A stretch of DNA of 63,816 nt, filler included, from Octopus bimaculoides (lineage: Eukaryota), in NCBI RefSeq assembly GCF_001194135.2. It is 5 parts of 5 records of this genome, joined end to end, with 100 filler letters (N's around TTAATTAATTAA, not from the genome) between each part and the next. Parts side by side here need not be neighbours in the genome. Positions count along the whole stretch, not along the records: positions 39,427 to 53,646 come from NC_068983.1; 4 more parts are not named here. One strand, 5' to 3'. This document shows, piece by piece, positions 39,515 through 52,932 of the stretch. Under the pieces are notes generated by a model, which worked only from the letters and a program-made list of their open reading frames with translations, did no database searches and was not told the origin of the DNA. How positions within the stretch are numbered: the first letter of the stretch is position 1; each line of letters begins with the position of its first letter. Made by a program: the position numbers and the translations under genes.

Positions 39515-41591
39515 TTTATCTATTATCAGAAAGGTGAAACCTAATCATCTACAAGAAGGAAAATATGACCTCGATACAAAAAAACTTAACACTAAAGCTA
39601 TGATTAGTACGATAAATAAAGATAAAACAGCTAATAGATTATATCATAACTATATACTGAACAAAATAGCCAATATAGAAACAGGGTAGTAGAAACGACA
39701 AAGATAGACTTTACGACTAACGTTTATCTTGATATTGATAGTAATAGCATAAACATGTATATATTATACCCCAGACATACTAAACCAGAAGCACGTTATG
39801 ACCAAAATCAGAAAAATATAAATAATAAATTAGCCATTGACCAAATCAAGTGGAACATGGGATCTTACAATAATAATAGTAATATTAACATTAATTACAA
39901 TATAAAAAGGCAAAATAAAAATTATATGCCTTATATAAAATCCACTTAAAACAAGCTGTGATAATCTAAATTCTAGTAAAAGTAAAATAAAGGAGAATAT
40001 TATCTGATTAATATTGACCTTCGCTAAGCAGGTAAAAACAACCTAAGTTAAAGTTACACCTCGGATAAAAGTGAGCACTTCTCTCGTTATTAAAACTAAT
40101 ATAGTGACATAATTCCGAATAAACATTTTAGATTTCGTCATTCCGTTTCCCGTAATTTGATTAGATATACATCTTCTATGAATTATGCAAAATTACATAA
40201 TTTTTACGCTAATCCAAAACTTAATATTCCCAATATTAAACAAACACATAATGTACCAGATAAAGCCAAATCCAAATATTCAAATATAAACAATCGAAGG
40301 GAGACTCTACTACTGCCCATAGTCCACCTACTACTTCTTGTGATATTCTAAGGAAGTTCTGCTATTTTAGGGTTAAAAACCAATGTAAATTTATAATTTA
40401 TTGCAAGCGGAAGAATTTAGTATACCAAGCTATAGTAGAAGCTGAAGATAAACTCTTTTCCTACATTGCTTCTACGGAATCATATATGAATCATATATGA
40501 AACCATAAATGTTCATTTAGAAACACCAGTAAACGTTCCTCGAGTAGTCTTAGTAAATTCATCTGGAAATTAAAAGACACTAATATCAGTTTTAAAAGTA
40601 GATGGAAGATTATATGTTCTGCAAACTATTCCCTTCAGCCTGATAGAAATTGTCAACTCTGCACTTCAGAGTGTTATAACATCCTTCTTTCTAGTAAGCA
40701 ATTATTAAATGAGTGGGTTGAAAAATTCTCGGTTTGCCTACACTCACCTAAACGTCTATTTTATAAATATCATTAACAATTCTTTAATTATTAATATCAC
40801 TAATTGTTAGGTTCCTTATCAACCACAAATACTTTTACTAAATTTGAAACTGAATTAATTAGATCCTTATTAGAACAAGCTTTTATATCTATTATTTTAT
40901 AAAATATGAAACATATAATATATTGCCTAAATATACTTACTTCTAACATATATATAATATATATATAAATAGTTATATTCCAATAAACATTAAACTTTAT
41001 ATTTTTCGTAATATATATAAATAACATCTCCTTACCTATAAATTCCTAGCATACGTGTTATTTCTTTCTTATTTTCACAGATTAAATTAAATTATATTAT
41101 AATTCATATTTGTTAAATTATCTTTAAGTATCAACACTTCGTTTAACTACTAAATAGTTCTAATCTAATCTACTTTAGCAAAATAAAGAAATCGATCATA
41201 ACACCAAATATTGCGTTTTTTCTTCATATAACATAATACGCTACTCCTACATACAATGAAATGATCTCTAATTTATTTATTTATTTAATTAATAATTATA
41301 TATATATGATACTATACCATAACAAATACCCAATGTATGCTCCCATATATCAAACTAAATTTTATTTCATTATATTATATTTTATTCTTTTTCTCTTCAC
41401 TCCCTCGTTAAACTTTTCTTTTTTATTTGATCTATTAACTGATTATAGATGCTAAGAATTGGTCATCATTTTCAAGTACATGGGGTAGAATCTCATCAGG
41501 ACTTTATGGGCTTATACTACAAGGTTAACATATTCCATGAAATGATGCAGACTTCCCATAACATAACTTAACCTTTCTGATAATAGATAAA
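39515..41591. mobile_element. Highly decayed, internally inverted Penelope-like element
   Basis: + strand 39530-40790: RT debris (KWNMGSY) and EN (NLVYQAIV..SLSKFIWKLKD..WKI..CQLC..LLNE). - strand 40800-41590: N-terminal PLE-like KDLINSVSNLVKVFVVDKEPNN and a CTGATGA..GAAA motif. Confidence 0.65.
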
Positions 41592-41597
41592 AGAAAA

Positions 41598-41632
<35 letters not shown>

Positions 41633-43029
41633 NNNNNNNNNNATATATACATACATATATACATACATACATGCATACATAATTCTAACGAAGCATTAAG
41701 GATGCAGTGAGCATTAACCCATTTAGAAATGAGAGCTAAAGTCTCAATTCAACCGCCTGAAAGCAACAAAATAAGAATTATCTCAAGTTATCTCCCCTGT
41801 TTGAAAACTTAAGAATACATAACGCTTGTATCACATAGCCAACTGGAAACGGAGAATACTTGGGCCTCAATGTAACCAACAAAGAGGTTGGCGTAATTAG
41901 GCCCCATTCTCGTCCCCATCACGACCCCAGATTCAGTAGAATTCTCCCCTTTTCTGGGACTACGACATTAAGTTGGCAACAAAATCACTTTATCGTGCTT
42001 TTACTGCATAAGTCTCTCTGAGAGATTTAGAAATGCAATATGTCTAATATTATATATATATATATATACATATATATATGGATATATATACGAGCGTATA
42101 AATACATAATTATGAATATTTACATTTTATATATTGACGACTAAGGGTTCACATGTAAGGCTTTAATGTTGCATATCATAACGGTCAGATTTTTCAAACT
42201 TTTGTCCATACCTGAATTTTAATGTAATGCTTTACTATCTAACTTATCCTTCATTTATTTTAGTACATAATTCTTTCCTTGCATATCTAAGTATTGTTCT
42301 CTCGTTTTATTTAAATTTATAAACTATTTCACATACATTTACATTTTTCTTTAATTTTTAATTCTAACTTCTTACTTTACCTATACTTGTATGTGATTTT
42401 TATTTATTATTTTATTTTTATCTTATTTTATTATAGCTTTACTTACATCTATAATTCACAAGTTAAATACATACGCATGATATATATGATCTAACTTCTT
42501 CAACCTATTAGTAATTCGTCTGCATCCTTTCAAGAAATATGTTAATCTTTGTAGTATAAGCTCATAAAGTTCTGATGAAATTCTGCTCAATATACTTGAA
42601 AATGACGACTAATTCTTAGTATATGACGTTATCCAAAAACTTAAAATTACTAATCACTAAGAGGTATGAACCGAAACATATATGTAGTTATTTGGCATCT
42701 GCCATTTCTTTTAGAGTTTTATAAATCATAATTTATTAGCATTGTTTTTATAAAAAATGTTTCACTCTCGTTATATCATACAAATAAATTATTTATACAT
42801 CCATAATTCTGCATTTTCTTCCTTTCATCATTATTAACAATATTATTACTATAATAATCCCTAACATATCGCTCGCACTTTCTTCTGATATGATAGTGAT
42901 TAACCACTGAAATTTTGGGATTATTTAATCCCTAATGAGGACCTGACACCCTCGAATTGATTATATTTAAAAATATATATATATACACAGACATGCAAGA
43001 AGGAAATAGATACCTTTAATTTTGGAAAT

Positions 43030-44290
43030 CTTTTATTTAATACGCAAACCGAACAATTGAAATGTAATCTTTTTGTCATTGAACTGATGAGCTTTGTGAT
43101 TGCCTCTTGTAGAATTTCTGTCCACTTTTCACGCAACAATCGAAACAATTCTCCTTTAGATTTAGGTTTCTGTCGAGTTTTTCGTATAGCTCTATCTAGC
43201 ATGTTCCAAAGATTTTCGGTTGGGTTCATGTCAGGAGATTGGCTCAGCCAAGGAAGTTTTTTGATCCCATTTTCAGTCAGCCATTGTTGATTCCTTTTTG
43301 CTGTGTGGCATGCAGCCCCATCTTCAATGAATAAAAACTCATTTTTCGTTGTTAGCGTGTGAATACATCGGAAGTATTCCTTGCTTAAGAATTTCGATGT
43401 ATTTATTCAGAGTTTATGGTTCGATCAGCTTCGAGCGACCATTGTTGGTGACAGCTCCCCATACCCTTACAGAGAGACCGCCATGCTTCACAGTTGGTTG
43501 GAGTCGTTTCAAATCAAATTCTTTATTGGGAAGCCTCCAGACCCAAACATGTCCACCGTCTGATCATAATACAAATCTGGATTCATCTGAGAAAATCACT
43601 CTATCCCAAAATGAACTGGATTTTTCTGACATCTCCTTAGCCCATTTCTTTCTTTTCATGATATTAATTGGTTGAGGGAGACGTTTTCTTCTAGCTGCTC
43701 CTCCATAATACCCAAGCTTATGCAGATATGTAACACACGTTCTTGGACTAACTTCTAGCTGTTTTGCAATGGCAGAAGCCTTCGAACGGGGGTTCGTTTT
43801 CCACAATTCTCTTCAAACAGCGAAGCTTCCTTTCTGTGGGCCCAGGTTGGCCGGGATGAGAATCTGCTGATTCTTTTCTTTGGCTTTTGAATTGCACTAT
43901 AATTCGATTAACGTTAGTAAGAGGAATTTGAAGATTTTTGGCACTTTTTCGCTGGCTAAGACCAGACTCCGATTGCCCAACAATATGACCTCTTTGAAAA
44001 TCTGACAGTTCTGATGATTTTTTTGTGCTTGGCATGGTTACTCTTCGCAAATGTTTAAAATAAAGGCACCTGGAATGAAAAAGAATAATTACATTGTAAA
44101 TTCTACACTGCTGAAAACATATTAAGACGCTTAGAACAGAAATTTTGAAAATTAAAGGTGCCTATTTACTTCCTGCATGTCAGTGTATATGTCATAGCTA
44201 TTATGTTAAACTGTCGTATGTCCAAATTTGGCCAAATGTATTTTTTCCAATATTATATTTGCTTGCAATAGCCGGTACTTTTCGACAGTA
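43030..44290 (-). mobile_element. Tc1 (DD34E) transposon, near-complete transposase with frameshifts
   Basis: ELSDFQRGHIVG, FWDRVIFSDESRF, DGAACHTA, WLSQSPDMNPTENLW; 5' terminus TA-CTGTCGAAAAGTA near 44290. Confidence 0.92.
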
Positions 44291-44402
44291 TATCGTATCT
44301 CCAGCTTCTTCAGATGCCAAGATATTAAAACTTGTCTAAGAGTAGTACATCGGTTTTGCTATGGAATGATGAAACCGATATACATCATATATATATGTAT
44401 AT

Positions 44403-44443
<41 letters not shown>

Positions 44444-44499
44444 CACCCCCCCCCCCACACACACAAGTGTTTAGAATATTTCTAGACACAAAGAGCAGA

Positions 44500-45560
44500 C
44501 TTGTGGCAGGACTCCTTACATGCTAGAGAGGCCACTTAAAACCAAAACTAGGAAAAGAAGAATTCATGAAGCCGAGTATAACACTAGAACGAACAAAAAA
44601 GTGAATTAATTAATCCCGAACTTGAGTTTCACCATTAATCTCCAAAATATACTAATTTGGAATCTGTGGCTCGTTAGCAAGAATGCTAACGAATAATTAT
44701 GTAGTTGCAAATATGTACCGAAAATACGTGTGCAAGGCAGCGGCACCTTTATCCATCTTGGTTTCGAACATAGTGAGCGAGCGTAAATGCATAGTCCAGT
44801 AGTAAATAAATGAAATTAAAAATGTGTCCTATACAGCCTCTGAACTATAAATATTCTTTCCTTATCTAGGGAGAAGGCCCAGAATTTTGGCAGAGGGGGC
44901 CAATCGATTAGATCGACCCCAGTACACAACTGGTACTTAATTTATCGACCCCGAAAGGATGAAAGGCAAAGTCGACCTCGGCGGAATTTGAACTCAGAAC
45001 GCAAAGACAGACGAAATACTGGTAAGCATTTCACCCAGCGTGCTAACGTTACTGCCAACTCCCCGCCTTCTGACGTATAAATATTACTATCGTAAATATG
45101 AGGGTAATGAAATAAAATAATTTATTACCAGTGGTTAGCATGCATAAATAAAAGTTAGAAGACATAACATATTTTTAAAAACATAAAAGTGTATAGGGTA
45201 TACACAAAGAGGAGACCTTTGACAGGACTCCTTACATGCTAAAAAGGTCAGTTAAAATTTAAACCACGAAAAGAAGAATTCATGAGGCACGCCGACTTTA
45301 AGACCAGAACGAATTAGTAAATCCTGAACTCGAGTTTCGCCATTAATCCCCAAAATCTGGGATCTGCGGCTTGTCAGCGAGAACGCTAATTAACGAATAA
45401 TTATGTAGTTGCAAATACGTACCGAAAACACGTGCGCAAGGCAGCTGCACCTCTATCCATTTTGGTTTCGAACTTAGTGCGCGAGCGTAAATGCATAGTA
45501 CAGCAGTAAATAAATGAATTTAAAATTGTGTCCTATATAGCCTCTCAATTATAAATATTA
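44500..45560 (+). repeat. Direct duplication: 44500-44860 and 45215-45560
   Basis: About 350-nt diverged copies, both running from caggactccttacatgcta to tataaatatt. Confidence 0.9.
44865..45070 (-). mobile_element. tRNA-derived SINE inserted after the first duplicate
   Basis: Same family as 21765; flanked by repeated tataaatatt. Confidence 0.85.
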
Positions 45561-46655
45561 CTTTCGCATTTACTATAGTATATANNNNNNNNNNNNNNNN
45601 NNNNNNNNNNNNNNNNNNNNNNNNNNNNNNNNNNNNNNNNTATGTGTGTGTGTGTGTGGGGGGGGTGTGGGGGGGTGTGGTGTGTGTGTGTGTGTGTGTG
45701 TGCATGTTTGTATGTATGTATATTGGGGCGTGTGTGAGTAAGTGATACAACTTTAGGTTTTACATTCATGCCGTAAAAGCATGGGTGCTCTTACATATTC
45801 TTCCGGTATACTGAAGTATTTTCAACCAATTATCTTGCCTTCTGTGTCAGACGTGCAATGTTATAACTGGCGAGAAATGATTAATTATGATTGCAAAACT
45901 TTGGTCCAATAAATGACAAGATCTCAACAAAGAACAACTGCCATGGAATTTCAATCAACAGTCGAAGTTGTTCTATGTTCATTTACCTTTGTTTAGTACC
46001 GGGCTAACTGATTTGTGGGTAGAACGAGAGATGGTGGTGTAAAGAAAACTAAACTTTGATATCAACAAAATGAATCCACAAGACATATTGAAACCAGAAA
46101 CAATGAAATGTCTCATCTATTCTCTGCCGTCTCTATCAACTAGATCTTGATCATGGAAACACTGAGAAAACTCTGGGCTGTCGTTCATTCTCTTAGAAAT
46201 AGCAGTCAAACCTGGTTGAAAATCCAACTCCACAGTCTTATAAACATTGAAAAAGACATTAAATACTGTAGTACGTTATACACTATGATCGAATAAAAGA
46301 AATGATGGTTGCAGATGGAACACTTTTGATAAATGATCTATTTGAATACGGTTGACCTGGGGCTATATAACAATTATAGCAAGAAGAAAAACTAGAAGAA
46401 CAAAAACAGTTATATCTTCATAATATAAATGTTTTATACTTGCGTCTAGCTATATCATCTTGGAATGGTTATGGAATTGTTTGTGAGTTATGAAGTCTCC
46501 CCTTCACATTTTTGACGTTCGCTTTATCTATTAATTAGTCTAACCAAGATAACAAAGAATTTGACAACTAATTTCGCGCTAAGTTTTCACCCTGAAATTT
46601 ACTTTATTAATTCTATCATTGATTTTTTTCTTGGAATGAAAATGAAAATGTAATT

Positions 46656-46695
<40 letters not shown>

Positions 46696-47089
46696 TCATT
46701 CTTTCTTTCTTCCTTTCTTTCTTTCTTTCTTTCTTTCTTTCTATGTTATAATAATGATCACTGCCTCAATATTTCTCTGTATAGCGGAATAGTAGTTACA
46801 GTGACCAGCGCATACATATGAGACGAAAGACCTCGACATTTAATACCAAATACAATCTAGAGGATAGGGCATATAGCACTTTCATGTGTGCATATTAAAT
46901 AGCAGTCAGATTACCGTTCTAGTTTCAATAGAGGGTCTCAGATCAGGTGACTTGCTATTCAAGAGTAAATCAGAAATAACTAAACAAATATTTGTAATAG
47001 ATGCATAACACCTCACACTTAACGGTAGTAATGAGAAATATTTGTTCTTGATTATCTCCAGTGAAGTTGATGAAGGAGGTTTGCTTCTA

Positions 47090-47210
47090 AGAGTGTAACG
47101 CCACTTATCGACTCGAAAAGGATGTAAGGAGAAGTCGGCAGCATAAGAATTTAAATTCTGGACGTAAAGAGCTGAAGAAAAGTCCGATATGCTAACGATT
47201 CTTCCAATAA
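47090..47210 (-). mobile_element. Decayed SINE
   Basis: ttatcgactcgaaaaggatg..gaatttaaattctggacg resembles the 21765 family. Confidence 0.5.
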
Positions 47211-48329
47211 TAATACACATGAAGAAATAAAAACAAACAAGAACGAAAACTGATGTGAACATAAATACCTTCAATTCATTACAAATTATATTTAATGGCA
47301 TGTTTAATGATCGAACAATCTAAATTTTCTCCAACCATGTTAAGTCCCGGAAAAAAGAAACATAAAAATATACGGAAAAAAAAAACAAGAGCCAACCATT
47401 AAAAACAAAAATTGGAAACCTATTACTACGGAAACATTGATATTACAACGGAAATAAGATTATGGCAAAAAACAAAATACCTGAAAAATCAATAGAATCT
47501 CAAAACGCAGAAATCAAAGAATCGATGGAAAATACATAGAAAAAAAAACAAAACAAAGGTTCAGAATATTTAGTCACGCAATCTATTTTTCTCTTACAAT
47601 GTTTATTTTCGAACCTGTGAACACCAATAAAGTTTGGTCTAGCCAAGTTTTAAGACATAGGAATCAACCGACTTTTTTTTATTGTTTTCTTCATGGAATC
47701 GATTGAAAGAAATTAATTGTTTCATGGATTTGTGCGCGTGTATTTCTTTACACAGAGAACTACATAGTCTGAATTAAGGTTTTAGTTTATGTTGCATACG
47801 TTTACTCCCTGGCGAACGTTTTCAGATCTTGGTTTTCAACCAAGCGGCGATGTCCCCCTCGCCGCAAAATGGCCTAACCATCTCGTTCGAAAAGCGGACC
47901 ATACTTTTTTTTTGTTTTTTGTTTTTTTTTTTAGCCGAAATAGTTTGTGACGTGAAGGAGGAAAAGACAGAAGCAGTGGAAGAATTACGGTGGTCTTACC
48001 TGTCTATCAGGAAGGGATCACTGACAACGTCCACGTGCTCTGTCTGCCGCTGTACCGTCTAACAGGTCTACTTTCGCATGCTGTCCACTGCCAACCAGCC
48101 GCTCGTGCCTCACCAACCCCGCATGCTCACCGCGAACCTTCTGGGGGGACCTGCAGGCCCCACTTCCGACAGGACATACGTACTCCCTCACCTTCGGTAC
48201 TTCCCTCACTTCTGGTACTTCCCTCCAACTCAGCCTGGCTCATAACACCACAATATATATATACGCCTTAGACTGAATTCAGTCTATGTCTGCCACTAAA
48301 CCTTATATTTAAGGTTATTTGTGCACCGC

Positions 48330-48701
48330 CTCTTGGAAATACCAGTACATGCAGTGAACACAGATTACAGTACCTGTACCATATTACTGGGAAGAGTGCC
48401 AGGGATACAACAACGAATTGTTTTGAATGTTTTGATTCTGAGCCATACGTTTATTGTCTGCCAATGTCTTGACTCTGATATGGACGTGACCTCAGCTTCA
48501 TTGTTCATTACTTTATTTTCTGATATTTACCGTACCACTTTCATAATTTTTTATCTTTATTTTTTTTTTTAATATTGTTAACATTTTTCATTACTGCCAC
48601 TATTTGTAACAAGAAAGCTTTTCCGGTAGTGTTTCTACTTCATGTGTTTGCAGTGAACGCTATGACCAAAGCCTCATCCACCCGGCTCATCATCATTATC
48701 A

Positions 48702-48745
<44 letters not shown>

Positions 48746-49310
48746 GCACTGGTTTTTATCGAACATCATTTATCAGTTTTGCTATATTTTTATTTTCTTA
48801 TTTTAACATTCTTTACTATTGCCACTTTATTTGTAAAAAGAAAACTTATCAAACCCTGCCAGCACATAACCAAAATTTTAAGATACAATAACCTCCTCAG
48901 TAATTTTGATTCCAAAATCTTTAAAAACTTTATTTCACTTTAAAATCCTAAAAAGTCATGATTGCTGTCGTGCTCATTCAGTTCCTGGCCGTCATTTTTC
49001 CCACGTTCCTGGAATTCATCAGCTTCCTCGCATTTCTCCAGGTCGTTGTTGTTTTCAGAATCAGATGTTTCGTTATCGCTATATAAAAAAAAAAAATCAT
49101 CTTCAGTGACATTTAGAGTGTTACTGATACCACATTTTTGAGATCTTTTATAATTGTTTCGGTTTTTACTGCTTTCCACGAATTTTTCGCCCAATGTGCT
49201 GTCTAGGAAAATGTAGGCGTCTTCATTCGGCCTGTTGGCGTCAATTCATGTTGCGTGTTAGTTCATGCTGTTCATTTCACTGAGTGATAATATTTTCCCC
49301 ACTATATGTT
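48330..49310 (-). mobile_element. Possible internally deleted piggyBac-like remnant
   Basis: Acidic N-terminal ORF (SDNETSDSENNNDLE) and Cys/His debris (KT..CC..HS..VICVHC); no TTAA/CCC termini found. Confidence 0.3.
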
Positions 49311-49311
49311 A

Positions 49312-49705
49312 CTTAGGAGTGGCTTTGTAGTAAGTAGCCTGCTTACCAAACACATGGTTCTGGGTTCAGTCCCACTGCGTGGCACCTTGAGCAAGTGTCT
49401 TCTACTATAGCCTCGGGCCGACCAAAGCCTTGTGAGTGGATTTGGTAGACGAAAACTGAAAGAAGCCCATTGTATGTATGTATGTATGTGTGTGTGTATA
49501 TGTTTGTGTGTCTGTTTGTCCCCCCAACATCTCTTGACAACCGATGCTGGTGTATTTACGTCCCCTTAACTTAGCGGTTAGGCAAAAGAGACCGAAAGAA
49601 TAAGTACTGGGCTTCCAAAGAATAAGTCCTGGGGGCGATTTGCTCGACTAAAGGCGGTGCTCCAGCATGGCCACAGTCAAATGACTGAAACAAGTAAAAA
49701 AGTAT
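49312..49705 (+). mobile_element. Full-length tRNA-derived SINE
   Basis: taggagtggc..ggttcagtcccactgcg head to ggcggtgctccagcatggccacagtcaaatgactgaaac tail. Confidence 0.9.
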
Positions 49706-50784
49706 ATTTACTGTAATTCTGATTGAATAGATAGGGAATAACGATATGCTACCTCGAGGGGCTTCGTATTCAAACTGGTGATGTCGTTGGTTTTGGCTGG
49801 CCGCTCACTACAACTGAACATATGCTTTGTTGGTGTCAGACTCGGACGGTACTACTAAAACAAAATAGTGTTCGCGAGATGGTTATAACGGAGACACAAT
49901 TGTTCCATTGTTTGTTTAAGTGTTAGATAGAATTGAAGTGTTTTGTGCTTCGTTGAAGATTTGTTTTATTTATACGATACTGTTATTTGTTGATACAGGA
50001 AATATAACAATGACTATTGGTTGGAAATCTGTAAACACCTATGATAACATGTGGTTTGCTTCACCACAGCCAGTATTTCAACGAATTATCACAGTCATTT
50101 ATGGAACATTCCATGTTTAACCTATTATGGCATTCTGGTAGTTTCAAATTATCATACGGTTAAATGTCTGGTTTCTAGTAGAGTCGTGAGCAATTGTAGG
50201 CGAGTTCAAAATCCGCGCCAATGATACACGTTAGTTCCCAGGCCCCTCAAGTGGCAGCGCCACTTCTATTGTTTTGGTTTGATAATTAAAGATGGTAAGT
50301 ACATGTTACGGTTGGTAAACTTTGATTACGGTGCTATGAGCCAATTTTACTCATAAATATTGCCCACACGTGTTAATTGTGTATAAAGCCACAATGTTGA
50401 GGGAAGTAGAAAAGGTAAAATGTGTAGAAAATAAATATAATTACTGGTAAGTGTGTTGAGCAGTGTCTCTCCGACGTATTCAACAAAGCGCCACGGAGAA
50501 CCATGAACCCCAGTATTGATAATTATGGAGTGTGGGGGTATGGAATGAGTACATGTAGCATGTACAGGGTCTGTGCACATCGTGCACAGCGTAATATACC
50601 ATTATGTTCATTTGGAAGTTGACTTGCTTGTATTGTTAAACAAGGGTGGGGGGTAACAAGTTCCAAAGCTGGGCCTTCATCACGCAGAACCCACAGTGAT
50701 TCTGAGGGTCAAATTTTGAGAAAAAAGTCTGTCTGTCTCTCCCTATCTATTTATCTATGCATATACATGTTTGTGTGCGCGTTG

Positions 50785-50838
<54 letters not shown>

Positions 50839-50892
50839 NNNNNNNNNNNNNNNNNNNNNNNNNNNNNNNNNNNNNNNNNNNNNNNNNNNNNN

Positions 50893-50930
<38 letters not shown>

Positions 50931-51577
50931 AGATATTATCCATAACTACACAAATACATTTGAGTGCGGAAAGACACACACGCACTCATGCAAGCACACA
51001 CACACACACCTAGACACATAGAAGAAAAAAAATCAGCTGAGGATGACAGTGATGACGACGATAGTGAAGCACTTACAAAGCGCAATTACAGTTCTTTCCC
51101 TTAATATACGTGTAGCTTTCTGGTTGTCTACAGTTGCTAAAATTGATAAGAGTATATTATCTTGGATATAGAAAATATTAATCCAATTCTATGAAACAAA
51201 GTTTTTATCTTCTTTTTCGGAGTTGATATCTTCCAACAGTCGCTGACAGATTTTTATCACCCTGGAGATTAGAAGAATGTTCATTATTCTGTCAATGAAG
51301 TAAGCATAAATCATGTTAGTATATGTCCATGGTGCATTGACGATTGCTTTTACCTGCTTTTTAAAAGAATTTTATTACTAAACTAAGCCGTTTACTACCT
51401 GGAGTCTAACGAAGTGTACTATTTGTTTTTGAAATTATAATGGCAACGAAATATAATAAATCTACATATGGTGAGCAGCTGGTAATATTCTTTTAAAATA
51501 TAATTTTCTTTTCATTACAAATCATTACAACAATCTCATTTTTTACACTGCATTTAACAATCTTTTATTTTTACTTT

Positions 51578-51740
51578 TTTCAGTCACTGAATTGCAATCA
51601 TGCTGGGGTACTGCCTTGAAGGTTGTAATCGGTTTAATCGAACTGAGTACACTATTTTAAAGTTTGGTAATTATTCTATCCGTCTCTTTTGGTGAGCCGA
51701 TAAGTTATGGAGGAAAATAAACAAACAACACCGTCCATCA
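51578..51740 (-). mobile_element. Old SINE 3' fragment
   Basis: tttcagtcactgaattgcaatcatgctgggg.. is antisense to the tail of the 49312 family. Confidence 0.55.
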
Positions 51741-52249
51741 AACGAAGATTTTCTCTTGTAAGTCTGATACCGATTGAGTTTTGGTTTTGGAGATGTTCAA
51801 TGCAAATTTGTGATGAATAAAGATAAGAAGTATTAGAGAAATTTAAATTACTTAGGTTTATATTGTGTTTGGCAATGAATTATATCCAAGTAAACAGAAC
51901 TTTTGGAAGTTCTTCAAACCGTTTTCCTGAAACAAAGTTTAACAAAATGCATAGAAATATATGGATTACGAAATAAAACAATGTCTTGAGATCTTCAATT
52001 TTTTTACAGCACTCAGTACGTAGGACCTGGGACCATTTAAAAGACTGATGATCTCCGTTACAGTTGGCAAGTAGAACTACAAGCACGGCGTGACATTTCA
52101 TATATTGGTGTTGTTGGTTGGTTTGAAAGAGAAAATAGACATACATACATAAACATTCGAAGCGTATTTGGCGTGGGACACTATTTATCGAAAATACGAT
52201 GAATACTATCTCCAACTTAGGAGCCAACTATCAGCCTTGTTAAATAACT

Positions 52250-52862
52250 GGTTAATCTTCAGATGAATTAACTGAGAGAGCCTTTTATTTACGATCGTAG
52301 TGATTTTCGACTGAAACTTGAATATTCCATACTACAAACATCATGGCTGGACACAGCATTAACACAGTGGAAGAACAGAACGAAAACAACAGCTCAACAG
52401 GTAAACAAATTCTTTCTAGCTGTAGTTATAGAAGAAATCGTAACTATAAAACTCATTTCTCTTGGACTTATAAGTTGAACAATGATCTATTTAATTGCTA
52501 CGAAAAGGCAAAACAAAACCCCCGCTGTTGGCTATATGAATCGATTGAAATCATATTGGGACGATCTGTGTCAAGAATTAAATCATTTTACTGCAAAGCA
52601 ACTACGACAACAAGCAAAATTTGTAGAACATAGAAAGAAGGTTAATAAGTGTAACTTTACTAAAAAATCGAAAATTAACCTTCTTCCCAACTCTATAAAC
52701 AAAAATGGAAATGTGAATGATATAAGACCACCACATGGTTTCGTTGCTAGCGACATTCTAACAGATTCCATAATGCCTGCCAGCCAAACTACATTACTGG
52801 CTCAAGTAACTGACCACTGTCCCCTTACTACGACTATGGTAAATAGCCGGCACAACTGCAAC
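52250..52862 (+). mobile_element. R4/Dong-type non-LTR element, 5' ORF fragment
   Basis: WTYKLNNDLFNCYEKAK..GYMNRLKSYWDDL..FTAKQLRQQAKFV matches the remembered N-terminal motif of R4-clade ORFs; ends in (AGT)n. Confidence 0.6.
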
Positions 52863-52871
52863 AATTATTGC

Positions 52872-52932
<61 letters not shown>

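Noticed and set aside
45861-46060. Ly6/three-finger-like Cys pattern (QCYNW..C..RSC..WWC)
   Set aside because: Needs several Cys restorations and a frameshift, has no donor; indistinguishable from chance
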